From Candidatus Neptunichlamydia sp. (GTDB lineage: Bacteria > Chlamydiota > Chlamydiia > Chlamydiales > Simkaniaceae): DNA of 64,000 nucleotides. Positions 1 through 10,136 of the stretch are shown one piece after another; positions within the stretch are counted from its first letter, which is position 1, and every line of letters starts with the position of its first letter. Below the pieces are notes generated by a model, which saw nothing but the letters and a program-made list of their open reading frames with translations, was not told the DNA's origin and did no database searches. The DNA lies in assembly GCA_965233865.1 (NCBI GenBank), contig OZ247587.1, forward strand, positions 1,376,001 to 1,440,000. The letters run 5' to 3'. The position numbers were made by a program, and so were the translations under genes.

Positions 1-1
1 T

Positions 2-1033
2 ATGGTTCTATCACTTTTCCTTGCAGCATGTTCGAACACTCCGTATAAGGGCTCAGAGGCCGTCGGTGCAGATGAATTTGTCATCGATTCTTATAAAATT
101 AAGGAGGGGAAGTTTTCGATCTTGGAGATGGAGGGTCAACCTCTAGTGACCCTTAATCCAGAACTTCTTGAAGAATATACCAATACGGTTGAAGACGGAG
201 ACTCCCTAAAGGTCGCTTTATTTCACCCTTCGCGCAGCGATTTGGTAAATGCTGTCCGATCAATCGGAGAAGAGATTGGCTATCCGGTCTCAGGAGGAAA
301 AATTACCCTTCCCGAATTAATGCCGATCAAAATTATAGGGCTAAAGCTCGGAGAGGCGCGAGATAAAATTCAAGAAGCCTACGACCAAGAAATCGATGAG
401 ATAGAAGTTTTTCTCTCCTTTGCTAAAAGGAAGCAAAAGAAGGTGGAATTAGCTGGGATGGTGAGTCAGTCAACCCTCCCTGTTAATGGGAAGCTCCGCT
501 TATTTGAGGTGCTTGCTGAGGCCAAAGTTCCCTCTAATGCAAACTTTTTTAAAAGTTATTTGGTGCGAGGTGGCCAACCTCTTCCTGTTGATATGAATAG
601 GCTTGTGAAAGAGGGGGACATGAGCCAGAATGTGGTGATGCACGGAGGTGATAAGCTCTATATTGCAGAGACTTCAGCTTCAACGCTGATGGTAATGGGA
701 GAGGTGAGGCAGGAGCGCGTCATCGATGTTCCTAACGGATCTCTGCCTCTTCGATCTGCCCTTGCTATGGCAGGAGGGATCCCCTTCACAGGTGATAAGA
801 GAGTGATTCAAGTCATTCGTGGAAATATTTTACGTCCTAAAGTCTATACACTAAACTGGAAGCATGTCATGCGTCTTTCTAGCTCAAGCATGCTTTTAAT
901 ACCGGGTGATATTGTTTATGTTGCTGCAACGCCCATTACAGAATGGAACCGCTTTATTCAGCAAATCTTTCCCACACTTACTGGCATTGAACTTTTCCGC
1001 AAAGGGGTCGCAGGAGTTATAGCTATTCAATGA
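2..1033 (+). CDS. wza: Polysaccharide export outer-membrane lipoprotein (Wza/OPX family); 5' end may lie before the window
   Basis: Lipobox LAAC, poly-export segment GDSLKV...GKITLP, SLBB-type repeats (VMGEVRQ, LIPGDIVYV), C-terminal WNRFIQQIFPT helix; upstream of Wzc-like gene. Confidence 0.85.
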   Translation: MVLSLFLAACSNTPYKGSEAVGADEFVIDSYKIKEGKFSILEMEGQPLVTLNPELLEEYTNTVEDGDSLKVALFHPSRSDLVNAVRSIGEEIGYPVSGGKITLPELMPIKIIGLKLGEARDKIQEAYDQEIDEIEVFLSFAKRKQKKVELAGMVSQSTLPVNGKLRLFEVLAEAKVPSNANFFKSYLVRGGQPLPVDMNRLVKEGDMSQNVVMHGGDKLYIAETSASTLMVMGEVRQERVIDVPNGSLPLRSALAMAGGIPFTGDKRVIQVIRGNILRPKVYTLNWKHVMRLSSSSMLLIPGDIVYVAATPITEWNRFIQQIFPTLTGIELFRKGVAGVIAIQ

Positions 1034-3861
1034 ATCAATCTGAAGATTTCATCATTTTTTCTGACATCAAACGACTCGTATTCAAAACAAAATGGGTGAT
1101 TCTTGCTGGGGCTGTTTTTTTTGGGTTGTTTGGGTTTTTAAAAAGGTCTCAGGTTTCTGCCCGTCATGAAATAAAGGCGGTATTTAAAGAAGTGGGGCCC
1201 TCTCAAATGCCCTTTGGAGGGGGTGCGTTTGATTCATTCCTCCAGACATTAGGAATGGGTGGGGTGGCCAAAGAAGGGCATGTATTGCTTCTTTCATCAA
1301 TCATTTTAGAACCTGTGATTATGAAGCTTGGAATGCAAGCAGAGGTTCCCATTGAGACAAGTGTTGAAAAAAAGCGGCGTCTTTTTTTTGAATCTCTAGA
1401 TGCTGAAAGAGGAAGGCCGATTGCTGAGCCTTCTCGGTTTGTCTTTGAGGGTGTTTGTTACTTAGGAGAATATCCTCAAAAATTTCTCATTTTCTTCACT
1501 TCACAAAAATCTTTTGAAGTGCAGGATGGAAAAAATCACGTACTAGCAAAAGGGGTAGTAGGGGAAGAGGTAGCCTTTAATGAAATCACTTTTACATTAA
1601 AAGAAACTCCTAAAGGGATGAAACTTCGAAATAGTTATACCCTTTCATTGTCCCCTCTCTCAGAAATGGTTATCCAGGTGCGGAAGCTTTTTGAAGTCTT
1701 TCTTGTTCACGGGGACGCCTCACTGCTTAGCTTGGAAATGACTCATGCGGATCGCCACTTTGGAATGCGCCTGCTTAACGAAATCATGGAAACCTACAAA
1801 AAATATCTCGAAACAGAAAACTCCAGAGTGACAGAAGGGCAAATCGCCTATCTCCAAAAGCGGCGTAATAGTTACACAGAAAGCATGAATGAGCTTCTCA
1901 AAGAGCACGTTGCTTATTTAAAGGAGAACATCGAGTCCAAAGGGGCTTTGAATCTTGGGCAGCAGATTCCTCTCTTCCAAAGCCGCAAACAAGATCTTAT
2001 GAATGACTTAATGGAAATCGATCTTAAATTTGGGGAGCTGATAGACACCAATCCTTACCTGGCCATGGAACTGGGGAGTGAAGTTGTAGATCTTCAGAGA
2101 GAACTTCATAATATTGCAAAGGAAAGAGATGCTCTGACTTTGGCACTCATTGGGCAACCTAGCTATGAAAAAAACCTTACAGGACAAATGCGCCGCTTAG
2201 ATGCTATTGAGAGTGAAGAGCTCAAGGTGAAGACTGGAGTGGATTCTTTTTTCTCTGCAATGAGTCATGCCCTTCGCCAAAAAGATCAAGCACTTATCGA
2301 AGTAGGAGAATTTGGGAAAATCTTATCCCCCGATGCTAGCCAACTCAAAAAAGTGCAGCTGGAAAAGAAGAAGCTGATTCAACTCTCTTATAAAATATCT
2401 GGGACACAGTTATCCCACTCCTATCTCAAAAACCAACTGAGGCTTCTCTCACTGCAAGAAGGGACTTTAAAGCAGCGCCTTTTTCACGGGACAACTAGGG
2501 GAGAGGAATATCAAGGGATTGATCTGGAGACAGCGCGCAAGCTGCTCTTTACTTATTTGCATGGGCGCGATAATGCTCGGTCAAAAATCCGAGAGCTTAT
2601 CTTTGCAAAAGAACAGATCGAGAAGGAAGATGCTGAATGGGTTTCTCTATCCTTAATTTTCCCTGATCCTCTTAGTCAGGAAATGGTGCGAGAAATGGGA
2701 GGAATGAAGCAGAAACTTCGAAAAGAGCGAACCCTTACTGAAAAAGAGCAGGAACGATTAGAAAAACAGTTTTTCCAAATGAAAGATGATTTGGGGCGCC
2801 ATATAAAGCAAAGCATTTTACTTGCTCAGCTTGAGTGTGAGAGGAACGAAGATCGCATCGAATCTGTCCAGATGGCCATTCTTGACCTACTTGGTCAGGA
2901 GGTTTCTTTAATAGAAAAGCAGGTTGAAGATCGGATCGAAGAAAAATTGGCCCATTTAGGGAAGGAAAAATTCCTTGTTAAAGGACAATTGAAAGACATT
3001 AAAAAAGAGATGGAAGGGGTTCCCGATACTTGGCTTCGCGAGCATCGCCTAAAGTTTGCCTCAGATATGAATAAAGGGATGTTAGAGGCTCTGGTTCACT
3101 TAGTTGAGTCAAAAAGCATTGAGCAGAATCTGTCGATATTAGAATCTAGGCCTATTGATTATGCGCATGCTTCCTTGAACCCTAAGCCTCCTCTTTTAAA
3201 GGTTTTTGGGGTCATTGGTGCATTTTTAGGAGCCCTCGCTGCCTTTGCAGGCTGCTTTATTTATTATCTTTACCGTGGGTTTCCCCTAACCCTTCGAAAC
3301 ATGAGGGTTCGAGGAAAAAATGTGCTAGGCCCTTTGACTAAAAAAGATGATATTGAGGTGTTAAGACGGTTATCTCTCCTTCTAAAAAGGGAAACGTCTT
3401 CCATTGTAGCCTGTTTAGTGCTTGGAAATGGAGACGACTACGCACCTGCTGCTGCTGAGCTGCTTGCCAAAGAAGGAAAACGCGTTCTTGTAGTGGATCT
3501 TAACTTTAAAAAGAAGGTGAAGGACAGAAGCCTTCCCGGACTTATCCACTATTTAGAAGGAGATACAAAGGCTCCAAGTATTCATATGAAGCACTATGGT
3601 GATTACATCCCCATGGGAGGAAACACCTCGTTTGGGGATGAAATATTGCGTAACCACAAGTTTGAGACATTCCTAAATAAGATGAAAAAAGAGTACGAAG
3701 TGATTTTTTTGTCTCTTCCTTCTGGACTCGAAAGCTCACTTCCAAAATCTTTTTTTGGGAGCGCCGATGTTATTGCACTAAGACTAGAGGATCATCCTTT
3801 CTCCGCTCTTAAGCCCTATTTTGCGTGGGAAGGCGAAGGACGCTCTCTCGCCTTTGTGTAA
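1030..3861 (+). CDS. wzc: Wzc-like polysaccharide co-polymerase with degenerate kinase domain
   Basis: Two TM helices (~aa 21-37, ~aa 725-750) around a coiled-coil region; Pro-rich PKPP before TM2; GKRVLVVD Walker A' motif; ATGA overlap with wza. Confidence 0.75.
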   Translation: MNQSEDFIIFSDIKRLVFKTKWVILAGAVFFGLFGFLKRSQVSARHEIKAVFKEVGPSQMPFGGGAFDSFLQTLGMGGVAKEGHVLLLSSIILEPVIMKLGMQAEVPIETSVEKKRRLFFESLDAERGRPIAEPSRFVFEGVCYLGEYPQKFLIFFTSQKSFEVQDGKNHVLAKGVVGEEVAFNEITFTLKETPKGMKLRNSYTLSLSPLSEMVIQVRKLFEVFLVHGDASLLSLEMTHADRHFGMRLLNEIMETYKKYLETENSRVTEGQIAYLQKRRNSYTESMNELLKEHVAYLKENIESKGALNLGQQIPLFQSRKQDLMNDLMEIDLKFGELIDTNPYLAMELGSEVVDLQRELHNIAKERDALTLALIGQPSYEKNLTGQMRRLDAIESEELKVKTGVDSFFSAMSHALRQKDQALIEVGEFGKILSPDASQLKKVQLEKKKLIQLSYKISGTQLSHSYLKNQLRLLSLQEGTLKQRLFHGTTRGEEYQGIDLETARKLLFTYLHGRDNARSKIRELIFAKEQIEKEDAEWVSLSLIFPDPLSQEMVREMGGMKQKLRKERTLTEKEQERLEKQFFQMKDDLGRHIKQSILLAQLECERNEDRIESVQMAILDLLGQEVSLIEKQVEDRIEEKLAHLGKEKFLVKGQLKDIKKEMEGVPDTWLREHRLKFASDMNKGMLEALVHLVESKSIEQNLSILESRPIDYAHASLNPKPPLLKVFGVIGAFLGALAAFAGCFIYYLYRGFPLTLRNMRVRGKNVLGPLTKKDDIEVLRRLSLLLKRETSSIVACLVLGNGDDYAPAAAELLAKEGKRVLVVDLNFKKKVKDRSLPGLIHYLEGDTKAPSIHMKHYGDYIPMGGNTSFGDEILRNHKFETFLNKMKKEYEVIFLSLPSGLESSLPKSFFGSADVIALRLEDHPFSALKPYFAWEGEGRSLAFV

Positions 3862-5243
3862 GCCGCAAGGAGGGCGCAAAAGATGAGAAGCATGAGTCTT
3901 CCTGAATTGTAGGCCCAGAGAAAATGATCCACAACTCCCATCAATAAAAGAGAAAAAAGAATTGTTATAAGCGTGAGAGAAAGAGGGGTAATCTTCTGCT
4001 TGAAGGCGGGAATCACAAGAGAAAAGATAAAGAGAGCAAGCATTCCGAGACCAATGACTCCTGTTTCAGAAGCCACTTGCAGGTAAATATTGTGGGCAAG
4101 AGCTCCTGTGGGATTTGCCCCAGCAAGGGCAGGGTCAACCGTTTCGTAAGGGAAAAGGGCAAAACCATTGTGTCCAATTCCTAGAAAAGGATAGTGGAGA
4201 AAAAGGGCCGAGGCCAACTTATAATAGAGAAAGCGTCCACTATCTGAGGCTTCTGACAAGGTATTATAATTTACAAATCCTCCTCGCGCGGCGAGTTGCT
4301 GAAATAGGAGAAGCATCGCGGTGAGAAAAGCTCCTCCAATCAGTGTTCCCAGCTTCAAAACCCTCTGCATTTTTTTGACGAGTCCCACACCAAAAAACAA
4401 AAATGTTCCAAGCATCCAAGCAAAGAATGGGCCACGAGCAAAGGTAAGCGTTAGTGTAAGGACAAGCAAAGGAATGAGAGCTAGAAGGAATCCTTTTTTG
4501 AGTCGGGTGTCAGTATAAATAAAGAGAAAATAAGACACAAAAAGCGCAATCACTAGATATCCCCCAAAGATATTAGGATGATCAAACGTGCCGTAAGCGC
4601 GAAGAATATTAAGATGCTCCTCGGCTATCCAAGGAAGCTTATCAAAAAGGGCACGATTCCCCTCAGTTAGAGGATAAACGGCAATGTTATTCATTGAAGG
4701 GTCAATATTTGCTTCAGAAAGAAAGGAAAGACCTAGGTTTTTTTGGAATAAGAATTGCCCCGTTCCAATCAAACATTCAAGGAAAGCAATCCCTATAAAA
4801 AACCAGAGTGCAATAGGGATCCATTCAGATCGCCTGCTCATAAGCAGATAAGTTAAGTGGAAGGCAGTGCAAGCGATCACTAGGTTTAGAAGAGTGACGT
4901 ACTGAAAAAAGTAGGAAGAAAATATTGAAAAGAGAATAGAAAAAACTGCAACAAAACAATAAAGAGTGAGGTAGCGAGAATGGCGGTTAAAAAAGAGCTC
5001 TTTCATTCTAACTTCCTTTAAGAGAAGTGCACCGATCAGGAGTCCTACAATCCAAAAGTCGGTAAGATAAAAGTGGATATACTTTTCAAAGAGAGGAGGG
5101 ATAGATACAGCAAAAGGGGCGGTTTTTTCAAAATGGTGGAAAAAGGAGACCGATACTCCACGAAAAACCTTGAAGAATAGACCGCCAAATGGAAAAGCAG
5201 CAATCAGGATGAGTGTGAAAATATAGAGAATTTTTGTTTTCAT
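3816..5243 (-). CDS. O-antigen ligase/polymerase (Wzy_C/WaaL) family membrane protein
   Basis: Multi-TM; motifs RAYGTFDHPNIFGGYL, TFARG, LGIGHNGF, AHNIYLQVASETGVIG. Confidence 0.85.
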   Translation of the reverse strand: MKTKILYIFTLILIAAFPFGGLFFKVFRGVSVSFFHHFEKTAPFAVSIPPLFEKYIHFYLTDFWIVGLLIGALLLKEVRMKELFFNRHSRYLTLYCFVAVFSILFSIFSSYFFQYVTLLNLVIACTAFHLTYLLMSRRSEWIPIALWFFIGIAFLECLIGTGQFLFQKNLGLSFLSEANIDPSMNNIAVYPLTEGNRALFDKLPWIAEEHLNILRAYGTFDHPNIFGGYLVIALFVSYFLFIYTDTRLKKGFLLALIPLLVLTLTLTFARGPFFAWMLGTFLFFGVGLVKKMQRVLKLGTLIGGAFLTAMLLLFQQLAARGGFVNYNTLSEASDSGRFLYYKLASALFLHYPFLGIGHNGFALFPYETVDPALAGANPTGALAHNIYLQVASETGVIGLGMLALFIFSLVIPAFKQKITPLSLTLITILFSLLLMGVVDHFLWAYNSGRLMLLIFCALLAAYTKARERPSPSHAK

Positions 5244-8200
5244 GGCTCGGTATGGTAATCCCTAGAATTAATTTCTCTCCACTTCTTAATTACTTGAGCT
5301 GCCAGTGGAGCTGCTTCTTTCCCGTAGTCCCCAAATTTCAGGTATACCACAACAGAGAGCTCCGGCATATCAATTCGGTAATCGTCTCCCTCTTTAAAAG
5401 AGAGTGTTCCAAACCAAATATCCTTACAAATCAGAGGCCCTCCCTCTCTGTCGAGGGTAGGGCGGTAGACAAATTCTGCCGTTGAAGTTTTCCCTATAAA
5501 CTGATCTTGCAGCGCCTTATATTCTGGAATCCACTTAGGATGTTCGTACAGAGCTCGGATCCGGTAGGGCTGAACAGGACCTTTTGCGCCCATAACCACT
5601 CGTCGCATTCCTTCCATAAGGTCCATCCTCACTTTCGTGGGCATATCGATGACCCGTCGGACCTCGCGCTCTGTTTCCTTGACCCCTTTTGGGCTTGCGC
5701 GCATCTTCACAATTTGGGGTTTTAAAATAGCGCCTCCATTTCCAATTGCGGTAAGCATTCCAGCAGTTTGAAGCGGGGTGACAACAAGCGAGTGTTGCCC
5801 AATTGCAAAAGAGTAGAGGCCTGTTCGATTATCTCGAAGGTCATCGGGGACATATCCTCCTGTTTCTCCATAAAGATCAATACCTGTAGGTTTCCCAAAT
5901 CCAAAATGTTCTGTCGTTTTTTGTAGTTCTGCAGGATGATTGATGACTTCACCTGCTAAGAGAGAGAAATAGATGTTGCTCGATCTTTCCATTGCGGTAC
6001 CAAAATCAACCCGTCCCAAGCTGGAATGGCTTCTTGGGAGTCTTCCCCCTTTATAGTGGCGGGTGATCAGAGATCCATCGAGATGACGCCCCAGAACGAT
6101 TCCATTTTCAGTTGTGATATTTGTATTTATTTCATCGAGAATTTCTAGGGAAGGGAGACCGCATTGATAAATTTGTTTGAGAGCCTCATATCCCGTGACG
6201 ACTTTGAAAAGAGAGCCAATAGGAGTTGATCTCCCGTAGGCATAGGACTTTCCATGTCCGAAGCCATTGCGTGGATAAAAGGATCCGGCAAGTCCCTGCA
6301 ATGTTTTACTTCGAAGAGCATAATAGCGTCCCCAAAGAGGATCAGAAAGCTCATTAAAAGAGCGAAACGTTGTCATCAATTTGAAGGGGACTTTTTTTGC
6401 TCGCACTAAATCTAAGCTTTCAAGAAGTTTGCCTTTAGCTTCTTTGCTCGTTAAGGCAAGGTGAAATAGAAAGGGCTGAAGATCCAAATCTTTTGAGACA
6501 TTGTCATAGATAAAAGCATCAAAAAACTTCCACTGATGTTTATCCCAAAATTCAGAGAACAACGTCTTTTCTGCTTCTGCTAGATAGTCTGTATACGGGT
6601 GAGGGTACGTTTTTCGCTTTTTTTCCTCCTCCCGTTTCTCTTTAAGGTAGGCTTTGAAGTGCTTCGTTCTCCATAAAGGAAACATTCGCTCATGATAGAG
6701 AGTTTCGACTCTCTCTTTAATCTCCTTTTTGAGCAAAACAAATGCTTGAGTGAGTTCTCGATACCGACTTAAAGAGAGATGCTTTACGAGTTCAAGATGA
6801 GGTTTTGAAAAATCCTTTCCATTTGCGATAAGTCTTAAAAGATCAAGAAAAAGGAGTTTGTCGAGATTATGTTTGATGGGTGTAAGGATAGGATCGATTT
6901 CTTTGCGCATTTCTTGGACGAGAGGAGGGACTTCTCCTCCATAAAGAGCATTGATGGTTTCTTCGACTGTTTCACTTCCCATAACTTTGTGGATAGCACC
7001 CAAGACATGTTGGAGGTGGACAGACTCATAGACGTTAGGGATTTTTTTGAGAGCCTTTTTTACCTGGCAAGTATTGGATAGAACATGATTCAGAAAGTGG
7101 TCCCAAGAAAGAAACTCCTTTTCTGAGTAAGTGACCCAATCCCGCTCCATTAGAGAAAGGCCGTCCCATATAGCTCCCACATGGCGAGGACTTTCTAGCC
7201 ACTTCAAGATCGCTTGTGTTTTTTCGTGGCGATCCTTGTCGGTTAAATTAAAGTCATTGGGATCGAAGCGAGGATACGAAGCAAGAGCAACCACCTCACC
7301 AGTTGAAGGAACCATTGCAACGATCGCTCCCCCCTTAATCCAAGGCGAGGGAATCTGGTCGTGGCCCTTCCCCGCTTGAGCAAAATGGCGCTCTCGATCT
7401 TGTTCATTAAGGGTGAGAAGTTCCTCTGCATAGGCTTGAAGCTCAGAGGAAATTGTCAAAAGGATTCTCTCTCCTGAATCTGCTTCTTTGCCTCCTGGCA
7501 AGTTGCGGATAAAACGCCCCCTTGCCCCGAGCTCCACTTCTCGTTTTCCGTAAGATCCTCGCAAGGCTTCATCAAACTTTCGCTCTATTCCTGTTTTTCC
7601 GACATGTGCATGAATTGTGTAAGCTTTTTCTCTGAGTTCTAAAAGGCGGAGTTCAACATCATGGCTGCTAAAGAACCCTTTTGGAAGAGGAATAGGTAGC
7701 CCTTCCTCCCTTTTTTCAAGGAAGAGCGAAAGCTCTTCTATCTCTTGAGCGATCGCGATGTATTGCCTTTGATTGATTGCCCCCATATACCCTAAAATAT
7801 CAGAACCCACCTTCCCTTGAGGATAATACCTTTTTGCAGCTCTTTGCATTGCCAAACCCGTCCAATCCTTTTCGAGCAATCTGAGACGATAATAAAGATT
7901 TTCAGAGAGATCTTCTTTGATAGTAAACGGAGTATTAGGAAAGATCGAAGCTTGACTATAGATCAGATCTTCAATTCCTACAGGGTCCATCTCAAGAGCC
8001 TTGCCAAGCATCTTCGCCAATTTTTCCACGTAGCGGCGCCTTTCGTAGATCTTAGCTTTCTTTCTCCCTTTTCTTTCCCAAGTGACAAGGGGGATTTCGC
8101 GAATACGGTCAAAACAAACCGCTGCATTGTACTGCACCTTGTTGATTACTAGGGGAGTGTTAAATCGGTCTCGAATCGTTCCACGCGCTGCAGGCTCCAT

Positions 8201-8353
8201 CACACTGCGCCGCTGAGGCCTGAGGGCTTTTTCCTGATATTCCTCATGCTTGATTGTAGCTAGATACCACACACGAAGCGTGATCATTAAGAACGCAATT
8301 AAAAGTAAATGCAAAACAGAATTAGCTTTGTGAGGAATATCGCGAGCACTCAT
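5240..8353 (-). CDS. mrdA: Penicillin-binding protein 2, long chlamydial type
   Basis: N-terminal TM, RGTIRDR, RYYPQG, GKTGIE dimerisation motifs; SxxK (SLFK), SxN (SSN), KTS in place of KTG. Confidence 0.92.
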   Translation of the reverse strand: MSARDIPHKANSVLHLLLIAFLMITLRVWYLATIKHEEYQEKALRPQRRSVMEPAARGTIRDRFNTPLVINKVQYNAAVCFDRIREIPLVTWERKGRKKAKIYERRRYVEKLAKMLGKALEMDPVGIEDLIYSQASIFPNTPFTIKEDLSENLYYRLRLLEKDWTGLAMQRAAKRYYPQGKVGSDILGYMGAINQRQYIAIAQEIEELSLFLEKREEGLPIPLPKGFFSSHDVELRLLELREKAYTIHAHVGKTGIERKFDEALRGSYGKREVELGARGRFIRNLPGGKEADSGERILLTISSELQAYAEELLTLNEQDRERHFAQAGKGHDQIPSPWIKGGAIVAMVPSTGEVVALASYPRFDPNDFNLTDKDRHEKTQAILKWLESPRHVGAIWDGLSLMERDWVTYSEKEFLSWDHFLNHVLSNTCQVKKALKKIPNVYESVHLQHVLGAIHKVMGSETVEETINALYGGEVPPLVQEMRKEIDPILTPIKHNLDKLLFLDLLRLIANGKDFSKPHLELVKHLSLSRYRELTQAFVLLKKEIKERVETLYHERMFPLWRTKHFKAYLKEKREEEKKRKTYPHPYTDYLAEAEKTLFSEFWDKHQWKFFDAFIYDNVSKDLDLQPFLFHLALTSKEAKGKLLESLDLVRAKKVPFKLMTTFRSFNELSDPLWGRYYALRSKTLQGLAGSFYPRNGFGHGKSYAYGRSTPIGSLFKVVTGYEALKQIYQCGLPSLEILDEINTNITTENGIVLGRHLDGSLITRHYKGGRLPRSHSSLGRVDFGTAMERSSNIYFSLLAGEVINHPAELQKTTEHFGFGKPTGIDLYGETGGYVPDDLRDNRTGLYSFAIGQHSLVVTPLQTAGMLTAIGNGGAILKPQIVKMRASPKGVKETEREVRRVIDMPTKVRMDLMEGMRRVVMGAKGPVQPYRIRALYEHPKWIPEYKALQDQFIGKTSTAEFVYRPTLDREGGPLICKDIWFGTLSFKEGDDYRIDMPELSVVVYLKFGDYGKEAAPLAAQVIKKWREINSRDYHTEP

Positions 8354-8359
8354 AACTCA

Positions 8360-8389
8360 ACGATAGCAAATCCCTATTGATAGGATCAA
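8360..8389 (-). promoter_or_regulatory. Putative sigma66 promoter of pbp2 (TTGATC-N18-TATCGT, extended TG)
   Basis: Minus strand reads TTGATCctatcaatagggatttgcTATCGTtgagttATG; no Shine-Dalgarno. Confidence 0.45.
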
Positions 8390-8587
8390 CCACTGATTAG
8401 ATAAGGATAAAAGCAGTTGTAATTAGCGATAAAAATACTCGATTGTTTCGTTCTTGTTTGAGTCCTGGTGCAACCTTTTTGCAACTCCCGATGTTCTCTT
8501 TGGAAGATGATTTAAGTGTATTCCACATACTAAAATAGACTAAGACAAGAAGCTAACGCAGCTGATATTAAGTTTCAGTGAACAGGC

Positions 8588-9148
8588 TTACTTGAAGATT
8601 AGCTCGTATCCGATATATTTATCATAATCAAAACCCTCGTGCATGTCTTTTGTAGGAATAAACCCAAGTGCCTCTAAAAAACATTAACTCGCCTTATTTA
8701 GTACACGAGTCACTGCTACTATTCTCTCTACATCAGGAAGGTTTTCAAGCACAATATTAGCTGCCATTCTTCCTATTTCTAACCGCATATAATCTGGAGA
8801 AATTGCCATCTGGCGCACATACACTTTAGGAAAATCTTTAAGTTCTAAAATAAGAAACTCAATTACCTCTTCACCATTTTTTATAATTAGCCAATGGATA
8901 CTTTTTTTTTCATTGTTCCAAAGTTTTTGTTCATCAGCAATAGCCTCTTGTAAAAATGTTTCAACACTCTCTAAACCCAGTTCATTAGGAGTAGAGTTGT
9001 TATATGCATACCTAAAGGTCTGAATAAAAAGATCATCTATCAGGTGAAAGTCTTCTTTGTGATCCCATTCAAGAGAATAGGTTCCAACCTGTTCGTCTTG
9101 AAAGTTCCAAGCTGATAGCACCGAGCATGTGAATAATAAATAAAACAT
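8588..9148 (-). pseudogene. GNAT acetyltransferase with in-frame stop at 8684-8686
   Basis: VYVRQMAISPDYMRLEIG motif A; after NKAS*, the same frame continues CFLEALGFIPTKDMHEGFDYDKYIGYELIFK* (GNAT N..S..F.E.LGF motif). Confidence 0.8.
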
Positions 9149-9197
9149 TCAATTCATATTAAAAATATTTTAAAAACTGCTTTAATATTAACCACCA

Positions 9198-10136
9198 TCA
9201 CTTTTTATACTTTCTCATCAATATTTTTGCTAGATCATTCCAAATATCTAAAACTTCACTTTCATAGAATTTTTCTATACAATCGATTTTATTAAAGCAC
9301 TCAACCTTATTGATAGCATTGCCCAACTGGGATTGCACTGTTCGATATGAGGTTGAAACAATTGTTGCAATTTGTTTTGCACTGAAACCGTATAGGTTAA
9401 GAGATAAACACTCTAACTCTCTTTTTGTTAATTTATTTGATATATTTTTTAATCTTTCAGTAATAAGCTGTTCACTATTGTATAATTTATATTCTTCTTT
9501 GTAACTTTCATTTTTAACAAAAACCCCAAGGTTTTGATAGATGTCTTGCATATCTATTGTTGAGCAATATGCTGACAGTTTCCTTTTAGCATTGTAACTT
9601 ATAAAAACATTAACATTATAATTAACTTTTTTAAATATAATGTTTGATTTTTCTAAAATATCTATATATTGATAGCTAAAAAAATCCGTAAAATTCTCTT
9701 TTTTTATATGTTTAGGTATTCCATTGTATACGGCTTCAAAATTCCAAACAGAAATATACTGAGTGTCTTGCTGTTTTAAGTCTAATAGATCGATTCTGAT
9801 ATCTTTGAACAAAGATCTATATAATTCATGCATTTTTTTTAATTTTTCTATTCCAATATAACTACCCGTAATAGGAGAGGAATAAAAAATTTCAGGAGAA
9901 ACATGATCTTTTATTAAAGTCTCGTTTAGATGTTTTTCAACCCAAAAAGCCTCTGATAATTCTAGGATATCTTTTGAAATAATAGGTCCGCTACGTGGTG
10001 CATTTTTTGGTTGACTTGCTGATCTTATTCGATTGCATCTTGACCACCCTTCTAATTCATTTTCCAACAATGCTATAACCTTGAAGGAAATTCTCAGCCT
10101 CAGTGATCGAGTAACATCAGATGTAAAGGAATCCAT
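9198..10136 (-). CDS. SnoaL/NTF2-like domain plus LuxR-type HTH regulator; true start uncertain, probably 5'-truncated near 9990
   Basis: C-terminal LTKRELECLSLNLYGFSAKQIATIVSTSYRTVQSQLGNAINK; middle SPEIFYSSPITGSYIGIEKLKKMHELYRSLFKDIRIDL resembles SnoaL; very AT-rich. Confidence 0.7.
   Translation of the reverse strand: MDSFTSDVTRSLRLRISFKVIALLENELEGWSRCNRIRSASQPKNAPRSGPIISKDILELSEAFWVEKHLNETLIKDHVSPEIFYSSPITGSYIGIEKLKKMHELYRSLFKDIRIDLLDLKQQDTQYISVWNFEAVYNGIPKHIKKENFTDFFSYQYIDILEKSNIIFKKVNYNVNVFISYNAKRKLSAYCSTIDMQDIYQNLGVFVKNESYKEEYKLYNSEQLITERLKNISNKLTKRELECLSLNLYGFSAKQIATIVSTSYRTVQSQLGNAINKVECFNKIDCIEKFYESEVLDIWNDLAKILMRKYKK

Noticed and set aside
5240..8353. Large insertion and KTS motif in PBP2 (possible intein)
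   Set aside because: Length is typical of chlamydial PBP2; no intein splice motifs
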